Part shown: positions 29,815 to 40,188 of the stretch, piece after piece
Layout: each line of letters opens with the position of its first letter
Numbering within the stretch: position 1 is the first letter of the stretch
Origin: Candidatus Bathyarchaeota archaeon
Lineage (GTDB): Archaea > Thermoproteota > Bathyarchaeia > Bathyarchaeales > Bathycorpusculaceae
Length of the DNA: 64,000 nt
Assembly: GCA_963707955.1 (NCBI GenBank)
Contig: OY970176.1
Location: forward strand, 1,760,001-1,824,000
Direction: 5' to 3'
Notes under the pieces: generated by a model
Database searches by the model: none
Seen by the model: only the letters and a program-made list of their open reading frames with translations
What the model was told of the DNA's origin: nothing
Translations under genes and position numbers: made by a program

Positions 29815-31504
29815 ATGGTGCGGGGGGTTAGGTTTATGCTGTCGTTTAAAACTGTCAAGTTCCAAATTCCATAGCTAAGTTGCAACACTCTTGGCCTCTG
29901 CCAAAATCCAGCAATTTCAACTTTTCCGCAATTTCGCACCTTTTCGTTATTTCTTGAATCTTGTTCTTTGTAAGCGCTCACGCTTGCTTCATGGCTGATC
30001 TCCTATAGCTCAAATAACCCACTCAAAGACTTGCTTACATGCATTGGCTCAGCGCTGAGGATCGTCTGAATTACAGAAGATTTGTAAACTCGGATGATTT
30101 AGTAAACTTATTGGGGAACAAAAGAATTGGAGTTACATTTTCCTTCATTAGAAAGAGGACTAAGCAGTAACCCTAGATTAGGCGAGCTAGTCTATTCAAT
30201 TCCTGGAACTGAATACTTGAAGCTTCTTGACCAATTATTCGACGATCTCTATAATGGAGGATGCGAAGGGGTAGATAAAAAAGTTGTCGAAGTCTCAGAT
30301 TTGCTCAGATTTCAGTCCTTGGTTTCAGAATTGCAGTTTGCTCGTTACTTCATTCTGAAAAACTGCCAAGTTGAGTTTCTGCCCAATGACGCATTTTCTG
30401 GCAGAAAAGCCCCCGACATGCTCGTCACTGGCAACTCAAAAGATTACTTCGTTGAAGTTAAGAACATCCAGTTTGATGACGAAGAATACAATTTTGGAAA
30501 AGCGATAGCTGATGCATTGAATTCAGTGGGAAAGTCATTTATGGTGGTAATAAGATCTTCGAGCAACCTTTCCAAGCCAGCGTATAAATACGAAACCAAA
30601 AACCAGAAAGAACTTGATTCAAGGAATGCGTTGGAGGAATTCAGAACTAAGATTAGAGAGATCCCAGAAGACAAAAAGACGGAAATTAGTACGACCGTTG
30701 CGGACATAGAACTGTACCCGACAAGAAAAGGCAAGTCCTATCTTGGGATGAGTGCAATGAAACAAGTAATAACCCTGCGCGAAGAATACTTGGAACGAAT
30801 TAAGTATGATGTCTTGCAAAAAGGCAGTAAAAGAAATGATTGGTCAGGGTTTGAGCTTGACAAGCTTTACGTTGTAGCCATTGACGATGAATCGATTTTT
30901 TTCGACACAGATTGGTATAACATAATCATGTTTGGACTTGCAACCGAGTTTTATCCTCCTCTCCCAATTCCAGAGCCAACAATTGATGACACCATCCAAC
31001 ATGCAATCGATCTGGGATGGAAAGAATATCTGACAAAAATGCGCATTCTGCGCAATAACAGATCAGTCATCGAAGATAATCAAAGGGGGGCATTCTTCAA
31101 CGAAGAGGCAATGAAGAATGTGACAGCAGTAATGGTTCGGAATAGAACCAATTTCTACTTGATGGCAAATCCTTTTTCAGAAGATCGCATAAATAGCCCG
31201 AGCATATTGACCGAAATGGCAGATTGCATTATTGGGTGGGTATAACAGGAAACCTGTAATCACTGAGAAGGTCGTTTACGTTAACTCCATTAGCCAACCT
31301 GATTGAATTTGAACGGTTGGGTATTAAGATCGACGCGTAGCATAAGAAAAAAGGATTGCGCGATGGTAGTTGTCTAAGTTGACAGTTTAAACGCTCAAGT
31401 GAAATCAAAACCCACCCTGAATTTGAAGTCGTTTTTCTACCGTCCTGCGCTCAAAACGAGCGAAAAATGAGCTAAATGAATTGTTCTGAGATGGTGCGGG
31501 GGGT
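29815..31504. mobile_element. degenerate integrative islet at the tRNA-Leu 3' end (no integrase)
   Basis: Direct repeat ATGGTGCGGGGGGT at 29815-29828 and 31491-31504 (the tRNA 3' end); inner inverted repeat at 29843-29858 and 31379-31393; AT-rich cargo gene. Confidence 0.65.
30127..31245 (+). CDS. hypothetical protein with a PD-(D/E)XK nuclease-like motif
   Basis: SELQFARYF helix followed by APDMLVTGNSKDYFVEVK; AT-rich codon usage relative to its neighbours. Confidence 0.6.
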   Translation: MELHFPSLERGLSSNPRLGELVYSIPGTEYLKLLDQLFDDLYNGGCEGVDKKVVEVSDLLRFQSLVSELQFARYFILKNCQVEFLPNDAFSGRKAPDMLVTGNSKDYFVEVKNIQFDDEEYNFGKAIADALNSVGKSFMVVIRSSSNLSKPAYKYETKNQKELDSRNALEEFRTKIREIPEDKKTEISTTVADIELYPTRKGKSYLGMSAMKQVITLREEYLERIKYDVLQKGSKRNDWSGFELDKLYVVAIDDESIFFDTDWYNIIMFGLATEFYPPLPIPEPTIDDTIQHAIDLGWKEYLTKMRILRNNRSVIEDNQRGAFFNEEAMKNVTAVMVRNRTNFYLMANPFSEDRINSPSILTEMADCIIGWV

Positions 31505-31579
31505 GGGATTTGAACCCACGAACCCCTGCGGGATAGGCGCCTCAGGCCTACGCCTTTGGCCATGCTTGGCAACCCCCGC
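31492..31579 (-). tRNA. tRNA-Leu(GAG), CCA encoded, no intron
   Basis: Acceptor GCGGGGG/CCCCCGC; anticodon arm TAGGC-CTGAGGC-GCCTA; long variable arm; T arm GTGGG-TTCAAAT-CCCAC; ACCA end. Confidence 0.97.
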
Positions 31580-31679
31580 CCTGGCGAAGTAATCGCTCTA
31601 TCTCGTAACCTTTAGTCTGAATTAAATCTTGCCCATTGTGCGTTGGACAATAAGAAGGGATAGTTGAGCTTCTAGTTTT

Positions 31680-32129
31680 TCAGATTATGCGAAAATCTTC
31701 TTTAATCGTAGTCAACACGACATGCGTGTTCGTTCGTTCCACGTAAGGTAGTGACAAGAGACGTTTTGTGAACTTGCTGAGGTCTTCGCGGTTCTTGAAT
31801 TTTGCGACTATCGCGGCGTCTGACAAGCCGGTTAGGTCGTAAACGCAGCACACGTTAGGAATGCGCGCGATCTCGTTTTCCATCTCCAAGAGTCTTCCTT
31901 TGGAAACAGTTATTTCTGTCACAACCGTCAACTCGTAGCCGAGCTTCTCTTGGTCAAGAAGCGCCGTGTACCCCTTTATTATCCCTTCGTCTTCCATCTT
32001 CCTAATTCTCGACAGCGCTGTGCCAACTGAAACGCCACACTGCTTGGCTATCTGCCTCGAGGAAAGCCTCGAGTCAAGCGTCAACGCCTTCAGAACTTTA
32101 ACATCCATCTCGTCCAAGAAATATTCCAC
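31680..32129 (-). CDS. Lrp/AsnC family transcriptional regulator
   Basis: LDEMDVKVL...DSRLSSRQIAK HTH; GIIKGY; YDLTG RAM domain. Confidence 0.93.
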   Translation of the reverse strand: MEYFLDEMDVKVLKALTLDSRLSSRQIAKQCGVSVGTALSRIRKMEDEGIIKGYTALLDQEKLGYELTVVTEITVSKGRLLEMENEIARIPNVCCVYDLTGLSDAAIVAKFKNREDLSKFTKRLLSLPYVERTNTHVVLTTIKEDFRII

Positions 32130-32581
32130 CAGAATCAGTGTACATTCATCCAGTTAAGAAAGTTATGCTTAACATTTGGCTTCAAGAATGGTAAGAAGTC
32201 TATACATCTACAGACAGTTTTGATTCTTCTATAAACTTCCACACGGTGAAAAAATCGCGCCCGCTACTATTGATTTGTAAAAAGCACAGCATAACTGTTC
32301 CTAAATCTCTCATTAACCATTCTAGGCTGTGCCGAAGCGTGCCTCAACAGCATGAGGTAAGGGTTAAGCGTTTTGGACTTTCAGGCGGCAAAAACCGACG
32401 GGGGAGGCTCACTTTTAAGGCTTCCAGATCGCACAAAATTCCCAAACCAAACTGTCGTCGATGTCGGTCCAGCAGCTAATGCACAGCGAGCCATTGGCAC
32501 AATCAAGAAACTCCATAGGACGCGAGAAACGGGAACATTATCAATCAAAAACGTTTTAACCGTATAGACGAACCGAAGTAT

Positions 32582-33481
32582 ATGGCAGCTCATTGGCTGC
32601 GGCGCTCAAGCAGAATTCTCTTCCTCGTGGCAATGGCCGTTCTGATCGTTCTAAGCCTTTACACTTTCATAGTCGCGTATCCCGAGACTTCTAGACTCGA
32701 CTCGGGCATCTCTGGCACCGGGGTGCTATCCAAAGACTTCTCAGCATATTACATCGGGGCATGGCGATTGCTGCACGACCCCTCTCAGATCTACACCCAC
32801 GGATTCGTCAATGATGGAGAGTACCAGGTCTACCCTCGATCCGAAGCTTACAAGTACCTGCCCTCCTTCCTGGTCCTAGTATCTCCATTTCTTTCCCTCG
32901 GCTACCAGCAAGCCCTCGTCGCATTCGATGTCTTTCAGTTTGCTCTTTTGCCACTGATGACCCTGCTGCTCTACAAACTGCTCAGCAGAAAAGGTCTCGC
33001 GTTAACGTTCGCGGTCGCCGTGATTGTGCTGCTCCAGCCTCTTCCTCTGCCGAATCGGGGGCTCTCCGTCACCTACTTCTGGCAGTGGGGGGAAGGGCAG
33101 GCTAAGGTCTTCGATACCTTCCTCCTTCTTCTCGCATTCTATCTAGGCGACTCAGACAGACCATTTCTCTCAGGCATAGTCTTTGCGCTCGCGGCCTTCG
33201 ACCCGAGGTTCGCAGCACTATCGCTGCCGCTCTTCCTTTTTTACAATAGAAAGAACCTTCGGGTTTCGGTAGAAAGTATGCTAGTGGCTCTTCTTGTGTC
33301 AAACTTCGCGTTGTTCTACCCCGGAACTGGCTTGGGTTTCCTGAATATGGCCCTAGGTTCTGCCGCTGAAAGGCTCTACTACTACGCCTTCATACCGCTT
33401 CTTATGATAATCTCTCTGACGGTAGTCAACGGTAGGGAAATGCTTGCAGCACTGTCTCGTTCAGTTCGGACTGCTCACTGA
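32582..33481 (+). CDS. multi-pass membrane glycosyltransferase, GT-C/GT87 (DUF2029)-like
   Basis: KDFSAYY, YKYLPSF, WGEGQ motifs with many TM segments. Confidence 0.65.
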   Translation: MAAHWLRRSSRILFLVAMAVLIVLSLYTFIVAYPETSRLDSGISGTGVLSKDFSAYYIGAWRLLHDPSQIYTHGFVNDGEYQVYPRSEAYKYLPSFLVLVSPFLSLGYQQALVAFDVFQFALLPLMTLLLYKLLSRKGLALTFAVAVIVLLQPLPLPNRGLSVTYFWQWGEGQAKVFDTFLLLLAFYLGDSDRPFLSGIVFALAAFDPRFAALSLPLFLFYNRKNLRVSVESMLVALLVSNFALFYPGTGLGFLNMALGSAAERLYYYAFIPLLMIISLTVVNGREMLAALSRSVRTAH

Positions 33482-33563
33482 AGCCTTACAGAGTGGAGAG
33501 GTTGCAAGCCAAGTAAGGATCGCGACTCTTCCATGGTGTAAACTCGCACTCAGTGTTATATGG

Positions 33564-34271
33564 CTACTGTCTCAGAACTAGGGCAACTAACCCTATTCCC
33601 ATTTTCAAGGTCGTTGCCAAAGGTCTAAGCTGCGATCTTTCTGGTCTTCTCTCTTTCCACTTTACGGGGATTCTCTTTATCGGCAGTCCAAATTTCTTTG
33701 CACGCAAAATCAGTTCAGTATCAAACAAGAAACCATTATCCACAACCTGCTCAAACAGCACTCTCGCATCAACATTCCGCAAACCTTTGAAACCACATTG
33801 ATGATCGGCTACCCCTGTTCTGAAAAGCAGTCTTACTAACGAATTGTACCCGAGGCTTAATATTGTCCGAGTATACCCTTGGGTTAACCTGTCATGGACA
33901 GCTCTCTCACCGATAATAAGCGCGCGGTCAGTCTCAACAGTGCCCATCAATTCTCTAATGTGTCTCAGATCTGTGGCTAGGTCTGCGTCCATAATCACTA
34001 TTATCTCTCCTTTGGCTTTAGCAAGTGCAGCTTTTATAGTGCCCCCCTTTCCAATTCTCTGTCTAAAGTATAAGGGCCGAACACTTGCGTTTTTTCCTGC
34101 TACGCTTACCAAGATTTCATATGTTCCATCATTACTACAATCATCGCAAACGAGAATTTCATAGCGCTCATTTTTCATAAAATCACAAAGGACACCCAAA
34201 TTCTTTGCTATGATACTGCTCTCGTTACGCACCGGAATAATTAGGGAAACATGCCGCAACTCATATGACAC
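33564..34271 (-). CDS. GT2 glycosyltransferase (dolichyl-phosphate hexosyltransferase-like)
   Basis: IIPVRNE, DDCSNDGT, GKGG, MDADL, DHQCGFK, FDTEL. Confidence 0.9.
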   Translation of the reverse strand: MSYELRHVSLIIPVRNESSIIAKNLGVLCDFMKNERYEILVCDDCSNDGTYEILVSVAGKNASVRPLYFRQRIGKGGTIKAALAKAKGEIIVIMDADLATDLRHIRELMGTVETDRALIIGERAVHDRLTQGYTRTILSLGYNSLVRLLFRTGVADHQCGFKGLRNVDARVLFEQVVDNGFLFDTELILRAKKFGLPIKRIPVKWKERRPERSQLRPLATTLKMGIGLVALVLRQ

Positions 34272-34511
34272 CGATTCGATTCACGATACTGCAACATTTT
34301 CTATATGTAATAGTGCAATGCGCACTATTTTCATTTGCTATTAACATATACACCCGGAAACAGGTAATGGTTTTCACAGTTCAGACTACCTTTCCCGCTT
34401 CAATATGCCTTTGGAGCAGAACCAACCAGATCAAAAGACAACCGCATCGTTCTACAGCTTCACTATTACGTCACAACTTGTCGAAGGAGCTGATCACTTC
34501 TAGGATGAGTC

Positions 34512-35279
34512 TTAGACTTTGGGTTTCTCAAGCAGATCTCTCATCTTCGCATTTTTCAGCAATTCAACATGTCTGCTAAGCTCTTTGACAAGAGCTTCGA
34601 AGTCTTTTCTCCCCTTCGCGACAGAGGCTGTTGATGTCTTACCAAAAGCGCCCGAGGTCGTTTCATCCACGGTCCCTAGGGGAAGCGTTATGCCAGCGGC
34701 CTCCAGCTTGTGCTTACCTGGTTCTTCATCCACCGCTCTGCTCACATCAACCAGATGCGGGTGCATGGCAAGGTTCAACGAGGTCTCTTCAGCAGCCGCG
34801 TGCCTTCTCTCGTCGTCTGCGAAAAGTCTGGGCAAAAGTTTACCCGTAGCCGTCCACCACTGAAAGACAGACACGAAAACTCCGTCTTCTCTCAGCTCTC
34901 TCGCCAACTCTGTGAGCGCAGCCAGGTTACCTCCGTGGCCGTTGACGATCACTATTCTACGTACTCCGTAGTATTGGAGTGCCAGGCAAGTTTCTTTAAC
35001 ATACTTCTTGAAGGTTCTGGCAGAAACAAAAATTGTTCCCCAGAACTGCTTGTGATGAGAGTTCACGCCGAACGGTATGACTTGGACGCACATCACCCCT
35101 GTGCGTTTGGCCACTTCCTCAGCGATGCCTTTGGCAATCAGGTGGTCCGTGCCTAAGGGGTTAGGAGGCCCGTGCTGTTCGTTTGACCCCACTGGGATGA
35201 TGGCGATGTCGTTCTTAGCAAAATACTCCTTGGCTTCCTGCCAACTCATCTCATGAAGCAAGACTTTCAAGTCGTTCAC
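34512..35279 (-). CDS. creatininase family amidohydrolase
   Basis: PVGSNEQHG, GTD, VNGHGGN, HAAAEETS. Confidence 0.92.
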   Translation of the reverse strand: MNDLKVLLHEMSWQEAKEYFAKNDIAIIPVGSNEQHGPPNPLGTDHLIAKGIAEEVAKRTGVMCVQVIPFGVNSHHKQFWGTIFVSARTFKKYVKETCLALQYYGVRRIVIVNGHGGNLAALTELARELREDGVFVSVFQWWTATGKLLPRLFADDERRHAAAEETSLNLAMHPHLVDVSRAVDEEPGKHKLEAAGITLPLGTVDETTSGAFGKTSTASVAKGRKDFEALVKELSRHVELLKNAKMRDLLEKPKV

Positions 35280-35348
35280 CTTTCACGAAACGGTTTTATT
35301 ATGAGCCGACTGAATATAAGTCTGCACTTTGGACTCGGTGGAAAAGAT

Positions 35349-36434
35349 TTGAAGGCAGTGATTCTCGCTGGCGGTTTCGGCACAAGACTCAGACCTTTAA
35401 GCTGCACACGCCCGAAGATTCTTTTTCCAATACTTAACAAGCCACTGCTCCAGTGGACTTTTGAAAGACTTGCGTTGAACGATGTTAAAGACGTAACGCT
35501 TGCTGTCTTCTATCAAACCGAAGTCTACATAAAGCATCACAGGGTTCCAAGGTCTGGGGTGCAGGTCACCTATTCTCATGATCCGCTGAGAAAGCCGCTC
35601 GGAACTGGCGGTTCAATCAAGAAGGCTGAAAAGCGGATTGGACACGAGTCCCCCTTCATAGTCCTTAACGGTGACATATTCGCCGACGTTAACTACAGAG
35701 AAATCCTGAGTCTGCACGAGGAGAAAAAAGGTGTGGCAACCATAGCGCTTCACAAAGTGCAGGATCCAAGTAGGTTTGGGGTTGCAGAGCTGTCAGAGGA
35801 CGGCCGCATTTCGAGATTCATTGAAAAGCCCCCTGCGGGAAGCGTTTCCCGTGCTTTGATCAATGCTGGAGTCTACGTTTTCAGCCCGAAGATCTTCGAC
35901 TATATTCCGGAAGGGCGAGCGGTGTCGATCGAGCGAGAGGTTTTTCCAAGGCTTGCGCAAGAAAAAGCACTCTATGGTTACGTTTTTGATGGTTTTTGGG
36001 CGGACATAGGCAAGCCAGAGGACTATCTGGAGCTTAACAAAATCATGCTCAATCATACTGGTAGTCAAAGAAGAATGAAAAGGGGAGACAACGTAGAGAT
36101 TAAGGATGCTGTGGCTTTCGGCAAGAACATCTCGATAGGAAAACAGTCGGTTATCGGTCCATACGCAGTTCTAGGATCAAAAGTTGCAGTTGGAAAGAAC
36201 GTTCGCATTCAAGACTCCATTGTTATGTCTGGAACAGTGATATCTGATTTTGCCACAATAGACGGCGCCATAATTGGCGAGGGCGTTCATGTTGGAAAAA
36301 GTGCCTACATTCCAAAAGGCTGCATAATCGGCGATCACGCTGAAATAAGAGACGACGTTTCACTAGCCCCAGGAACTTCGATCTGCCCAGCAAAGGAAGT
36401 CAGTGAAAGCGTGTTAATGTCTAATTCTGCTTGA
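35349..36434 (+). CDS. sugar-1-phosphate nucleotidyltransferase (mannose-1-phosphate guanylyltransferase-like) with hexapeptide repeats
   Basis: LAGGFGTRLRPL, PLGTGG, NGD, FIEKP, WADIG; C-terminal left-handed beta-helix repeats. Confidence 0.9.
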   Translation: MKAVILAGGFGTRLRPLSCTRPKILFPILNKPLLQWTFERLALNDVKDVTLAVFYQTEVYIKHHRVPRSGVQVTYSHDPLRKPLGTGGSIKKAEKRIGHESPFIVLNGDIFADVNYREILSLHEEKKGVATIALHKVQDPSRFGVAELSEDGRISRFIEKPPAGSVSRALINAGVYVFSPKIFDYIPEGRAVSIEREVFPRLAQEKALYGYVFDGFWADIGKPEDYLELNKIMLNHTGSQRRMKRGDNVEIKDAVAFGKNISIGKQSVIGPYAVLGSKVAVGKNVRIQDSIVMSGTVISDFATIDGAIIGEGVHVGKSAYIPKGCIIGDHAEIRDDVSLAPGTSICPAKEVSESVLMSNSA

Positions 36435-36456
36435 TGGCGGTAGAGGAAGTTTGAAC

Positions 36457-37834
36457 ATGTTGAGTGCGAGACGCTTGTTCGGCACGAACGGCATCCGTGG
36501 GCTTGTCAATGAAGAATTGACCCCTGAAATGGCGGTGAAAGTTGGATGCGCAATAGGCACGTTCTTTGAGAATGGAACTCTTTTGGTGGGCTATGATGCT
36601 AGGACAAGCGGGCCAATGCTTGCAAAGGCTGTTGTAGCTGGGTTGACCGCAACAGGATGCGGCGTGCTTCTAAGCTGGGATGGCACCTACACCAGCGCTG
36701 CAGTACGCAGTCAAGCACAACAAGCTCAGAGGCGGAGTAATAATAACGGCATCGCACAACCCGCCAGAATACAACGGGATAAAAGTTGTTTGGAATGATG
36801 GCGTGGAAATCTCGCGCGACCAGGAAATTGCAGTCGAGGACGTGTACTTCAACGAAAGGATAAGGTATTCGAAATGGAGTCTTATCGGAGAGACGCGCGA
36901 CCTGCCAGGAGTAATCGACGACTATGTCAAGGCTGTAGAAAAGCACGTGGACACTGCAGCAATATCTAGGAAACACTTCCACATTGTGGTTGATGCGGCA
37001 AACAGCGTGGGCGCCTTGGCTGCGCCCCGATTGCTTCGCGAACTAGAATGCAAGGTTACAACCATAAACGCAAACATTGATGGAACATTTCCTGGAAGGC
37101 CTCCTGAACCCCGCCCTGAGAACCTCAGGGACTTGGCATTGACTGTGAAAGCAATGAGCGCAGATTTGGGCGTAGCATACGACGGTGACGCTGATCGGTC
37201 CATTTTCGTCGATGAAAAAGGACAGGTCCACATGGGCGATGAGAGCTTCGCTCTCGTAGAAAAATACTTTCTGAAAGACAACCCGAATGAACAGGTTGTC
37301 ACTCCTGTGAGTTCTTCAAGCTTGATAAAGGACATAGCCGACGCCTACAAGGGAAAAATCGTGTGGACCAAGGTGGGAAGCGTCACAGTTGCGCAAACCA
37401 TGAAGAAGTTGAAGGCCAAGCTCGGCGGAGAAGAAAACGGCGGAATCTTCTACGGACCCCATCAGCCAGTTCGAGACGGAGCAATGTCCACCGCTCTGAT
37501 GTTACAGATAATGGCCAAAACTGGGGAGAAGCTTTCAAAACTAATCCGAGAACTGCCACAGTACTTCATTGAAAAAGACAAGGTCGAATGCAAAGAGGAA
37601 CTTAAGGAAAAGGTTCTAGAAAAGTTGATCTCAGAGGTGAAAGAATTGAACATAAACACCATCGACGGCGTCAAAATCTGGTTCAAAGACGGGCAAGCCA
37701 TCCTGATCAGACCAAGTGGGACAGAACCTATCTACCGACTGTACGCAGAAGCCAAGACAGAGCGAAAAGCCCAAGAGCTGGTCAAAGAGTACACTCTGAG
37801 GCTTAGGAAAATAGTTGCCAGCCTGAACCGTTAA
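36457..37834 (+). CDS. glmM: phosphoglucosamine mutase/phosphomannomutase; apparent +1 frameshift near 36672
   Basis: LFGTNGIRG and GYDARTSG in one frame; PTP, ITASHNP, DGDADR, GGEENGG and RPSGTEP in the next frame. Removing one A restores LLAGMAPTP. Confidence 0.85.
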
Positions 37835-37867
37835 ACCTCCAATACCCTTCTGGGAGAGAAGAATCAT

Positions 37868-39244
37868 ATGTCCTTGCCGATAATGAACGCAAAACCTGAA
37901 GACCTCAACACCGTCGAGAAATGCGGAAAATACACCGTGTGCATAGTAGGCTGCGGACAGGTCGGAATTCACCACGCTGCACTTTTCGCCGAAGCTGGTT
38001 TCAAAGTCGTATGCTTTGACGCAGATCAGATCGTGGTCAACAACGTTGCCAGAGGAAGAGCTCCGTTTTCAAGAATCGAAACAGAGGGGAAGATAAAAGA
38101 GCAGGTGAGAAAGGGCCGTTTGACTGCAACAAGCGACATTGAGAAAGCAGTCTCGCCGAGTGACATAATCGTGGTCACAATTTCAGTGAGAACTGACGGT
38201 AGGAAAAAGCCTGACTACTCAAACGTGGAGGGTGTGTGCAAACGAATAGGCTCAAGTCTTCGACTCGGGTCGCTTGTCATCTTCGTGAAGCTAGCTGGGA
38301 TAGGCATCGTCGAGGGCACCGTTAAAGAGGCGCTTGAAAACAGTTCAGGGTTCAAGGTTGGTACAGACTTCGGATTAGCGTACAGTCCATTCCATGTTCT
38401 ATCCAGTCAAGGTCCAGCAGCAACCGTAGACCGCCCCCGACTGTTGGCAGCAACTGAGAGAAACAGCCTGAACGCTGCCTCAGCCGTGTTGGCTCTGGTC
38501 TCAAGAGGCGGTGTAGAAAAGACTGTAAACATGAAAGCAGCAGGGGCAGCTGCCCTTTTCCAGGTTCAGCAAAAAGATGTCGCCGTTGCGCTTGCAAACG
38601 AGCTAGCCCTATTCTGCGAGAAAATCGGCGTTGACTATTTTGAGGCAAACGAGCTCTTGGCTGGAAGTGTGAGCAGTCTTGAGCCGCCCGTCCTTTCCAA
38701 CGAGGACGTCCAAGAGGAACCATATCTATTGCTGGCTGACGCCGAGAATCAGAACGTGAAGTTGCGGATTCCAGCAGTCGCCAGAGAGATAAACGAGCAG
38801 ACAGCAAAGCACGTTGCTAACTTGGTGAAGGATGCTTTGAGAAGCTGTGGAAAAACGCTTAGAAGGTCCAGGGTTTCCATCCTTGGGCTGTCGCAGACGC
38901 CCAACACAAAGAGCCATCCTAAGAGAATCGTGAAGCAAGTCGTACAGGTTCTAACTGCTAGAGGGGCCAGGATAAGACTCTACGACCCATACTTCTCGGA
39001 GAATGAACTGGGCGACTTGAAACCGCTATTCAAGAAAAACCTTACCGAAGCCCTTGAGGCCGCAGACTGCATCGTCATACTCACAGGCCACGACCAGTTT
39101 AAGCGGCTAGGTCTCCACAAACTGAAGATCATGATGAAAACGCCAAGTGCTATCGTTGACTTAGAAAGAATCGTAGAACCGGCGAAGGCAGAAAAGGAAG
39201 GTTTCATATACCGTGGCTTGGGAAGAGGGGTGTGGACAAAATGA
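37868..39244 (+). CDS. nucleotide-sugar dehydrogenase (WecC/WbpA) homolog with degenerate catalytic motifs
   Basis: GCGQVG Rossmann motif, GFKVGTDFGLAYSP, ALANELA and YDPY...TGHDQF...YRGLGRG retained; the GGHC, PER and KLxEN motifs are absent. Confidence 0.8.
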   Translation: MSLPIMNAKPEDLNTVEKCGKYTVCIVGCGQVGIHHAALFAEAGFKVVCFDADQIVVNNVARGRAPFSRIETEGKIKEQVRKGRLTATSDIEKAVSPSDIIVVTISVRTDGRKKPDYSNVEGVCKRIGSSLRLGSLVIFVKLAGIGIVEGTVKEALENSSGFKVGTDFGLAYSPFHVLSSQGPAATVDRPRLLAATERNSLNAASAVLALVSRGGVEKTVNMKAAGAAALFQVQQKDVAVALANELALFCEKIGVDYFEANELLAGSVSSLEPPVLSNEDVQEEPYLLLADAENQNVKLRIPAVAREINEQTAKHVANLVKDALRSCGKTLRRSRVSILGLSQTPNTKSHPKRIVKQVVQVLTARGARIRLYDPYFSENELGDLKPLFKKNLTEALEAADCIVILTGHDQFKRLGLHKLKIMMKTPSAIVDLERIVEPAKAEKEGFIYRGLGRGVWTK

Positions 39245-40188
39245 AAAAGCTAGGCGTAGCAGTCGTCGGGACTGGTTTCTGGGGGAAGAACCACGCCAGA
39301 GTCTACAAGGAACTCCAGGAGACGGAGCTTCTGGCAGTGTGCGACATAGACCCTGAGAGGGCTAGAAGCGTGGCCGCCCAGTTTGGGGCAAAACCTTACA
39401 CGAGCTTTCGAAAGATGCTTCAGGACAGAAACATCGAAGCTATCAGCGTGGCAACGTGGTCGACGAGTCTTGCAAAGGTGGCGACCGAGGCTGTGAAAGC
39501 TGGAAAACACGTTATGGTAGAGAAACCCATGGCTGCAAACGTCGGACAAGCTGAAAAACTTCTTGAAACGGCGAAAAAGAAGCGAGTGCATGTGAGCGTT
39601 GGTTTCTTGATGCGTTTTATCCCAGGGCTTCAGCACATCAAGAAGGCGGTTGAGGAGAAAACAATCGGTGAACTCGTGTGCGCCACGGCGAAGAGAGTTT
39701 CTCAATGGCCTGAGCGGGTCGGCGACGTGGGCGTGGTCAAGGACACAGCGATCCATGACATCGACGTTATGCTGTACCTCTTCAATAAGGACCCCATCGC
39801 TGTTTACGCGAAAACCGGAAGCATGAGGCAAGGGAAGTTTGAGGACTACGCGCAGGTAATGCTCACGTTTGAGGGCGAAAAGACTGCTTTCATCGAATCC
39901 AACTGGCTTACGCCTTACAAGACCAGGATACTCATCGCCACGGGAAGCGAGGCCATAATGAACCTTGACTACATCACTCAGGAGCTGAAGATCGAGGACG
40001 CCAAGGAAACACTGCAGCCGAGATACCCAATGCAAGAACCGCTGAAGCTTGAGCTCCGCCACTTCGCAAACTGCGTTCTGGAAAAAGAGAAACCTCTGGT
40101 CACAGGGTTAGACGGCCTGCGAGCCCTCAGAATAGCTGAGGCAGCTCTGAAGTCTTCAGCAACAGGCAGAATAATCAAGCTCAAGTAG
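39241..40188 (+). CDS. Gfo/Idh/MocA oxidoreductase (UDP-GlcNAc(A) 3-dehydrogenase-like)
   Basis: GTGFWG, VEKPMA, DVGVVKDTAIHDID, SNWLTPYK; ATGA-coupled to the upstream gene. Confidence 0.85.
   Translation: MKKLGVAVVGTGFWGKNHARVYKELQETELLAVCDIDPERARSVAAQFGAKPYTSFRKMLQDRNIEAISVATWSTSLAKVATEAVKAGKHVMVEKPMAANVGQAEKLLETAKKKRVHVSVGFLMRFIPGLQHIKKAVEEKTIGELVCATAKRVSQWPERVGDVGVVKDTAIHDIDVMLYLFNKDPIAVYAKTGSMRQGKFEDYAQVMLTFEGEKTAFIESNWLTPYKTRILIATGSEAIMNLDYITQELKIEDAKETLQPRYPMQEPLKLELRHFANCVLEKEKPLVTGLDGLRALRIAEAALKSSATGRIIKLK

Noticed and set aside
36451-37834. Two separate genes (115 aa and 384 aa) from the ORF track
   Set aside because: They are consecutive parts of one phosphohexomutase joined by a one-base indel
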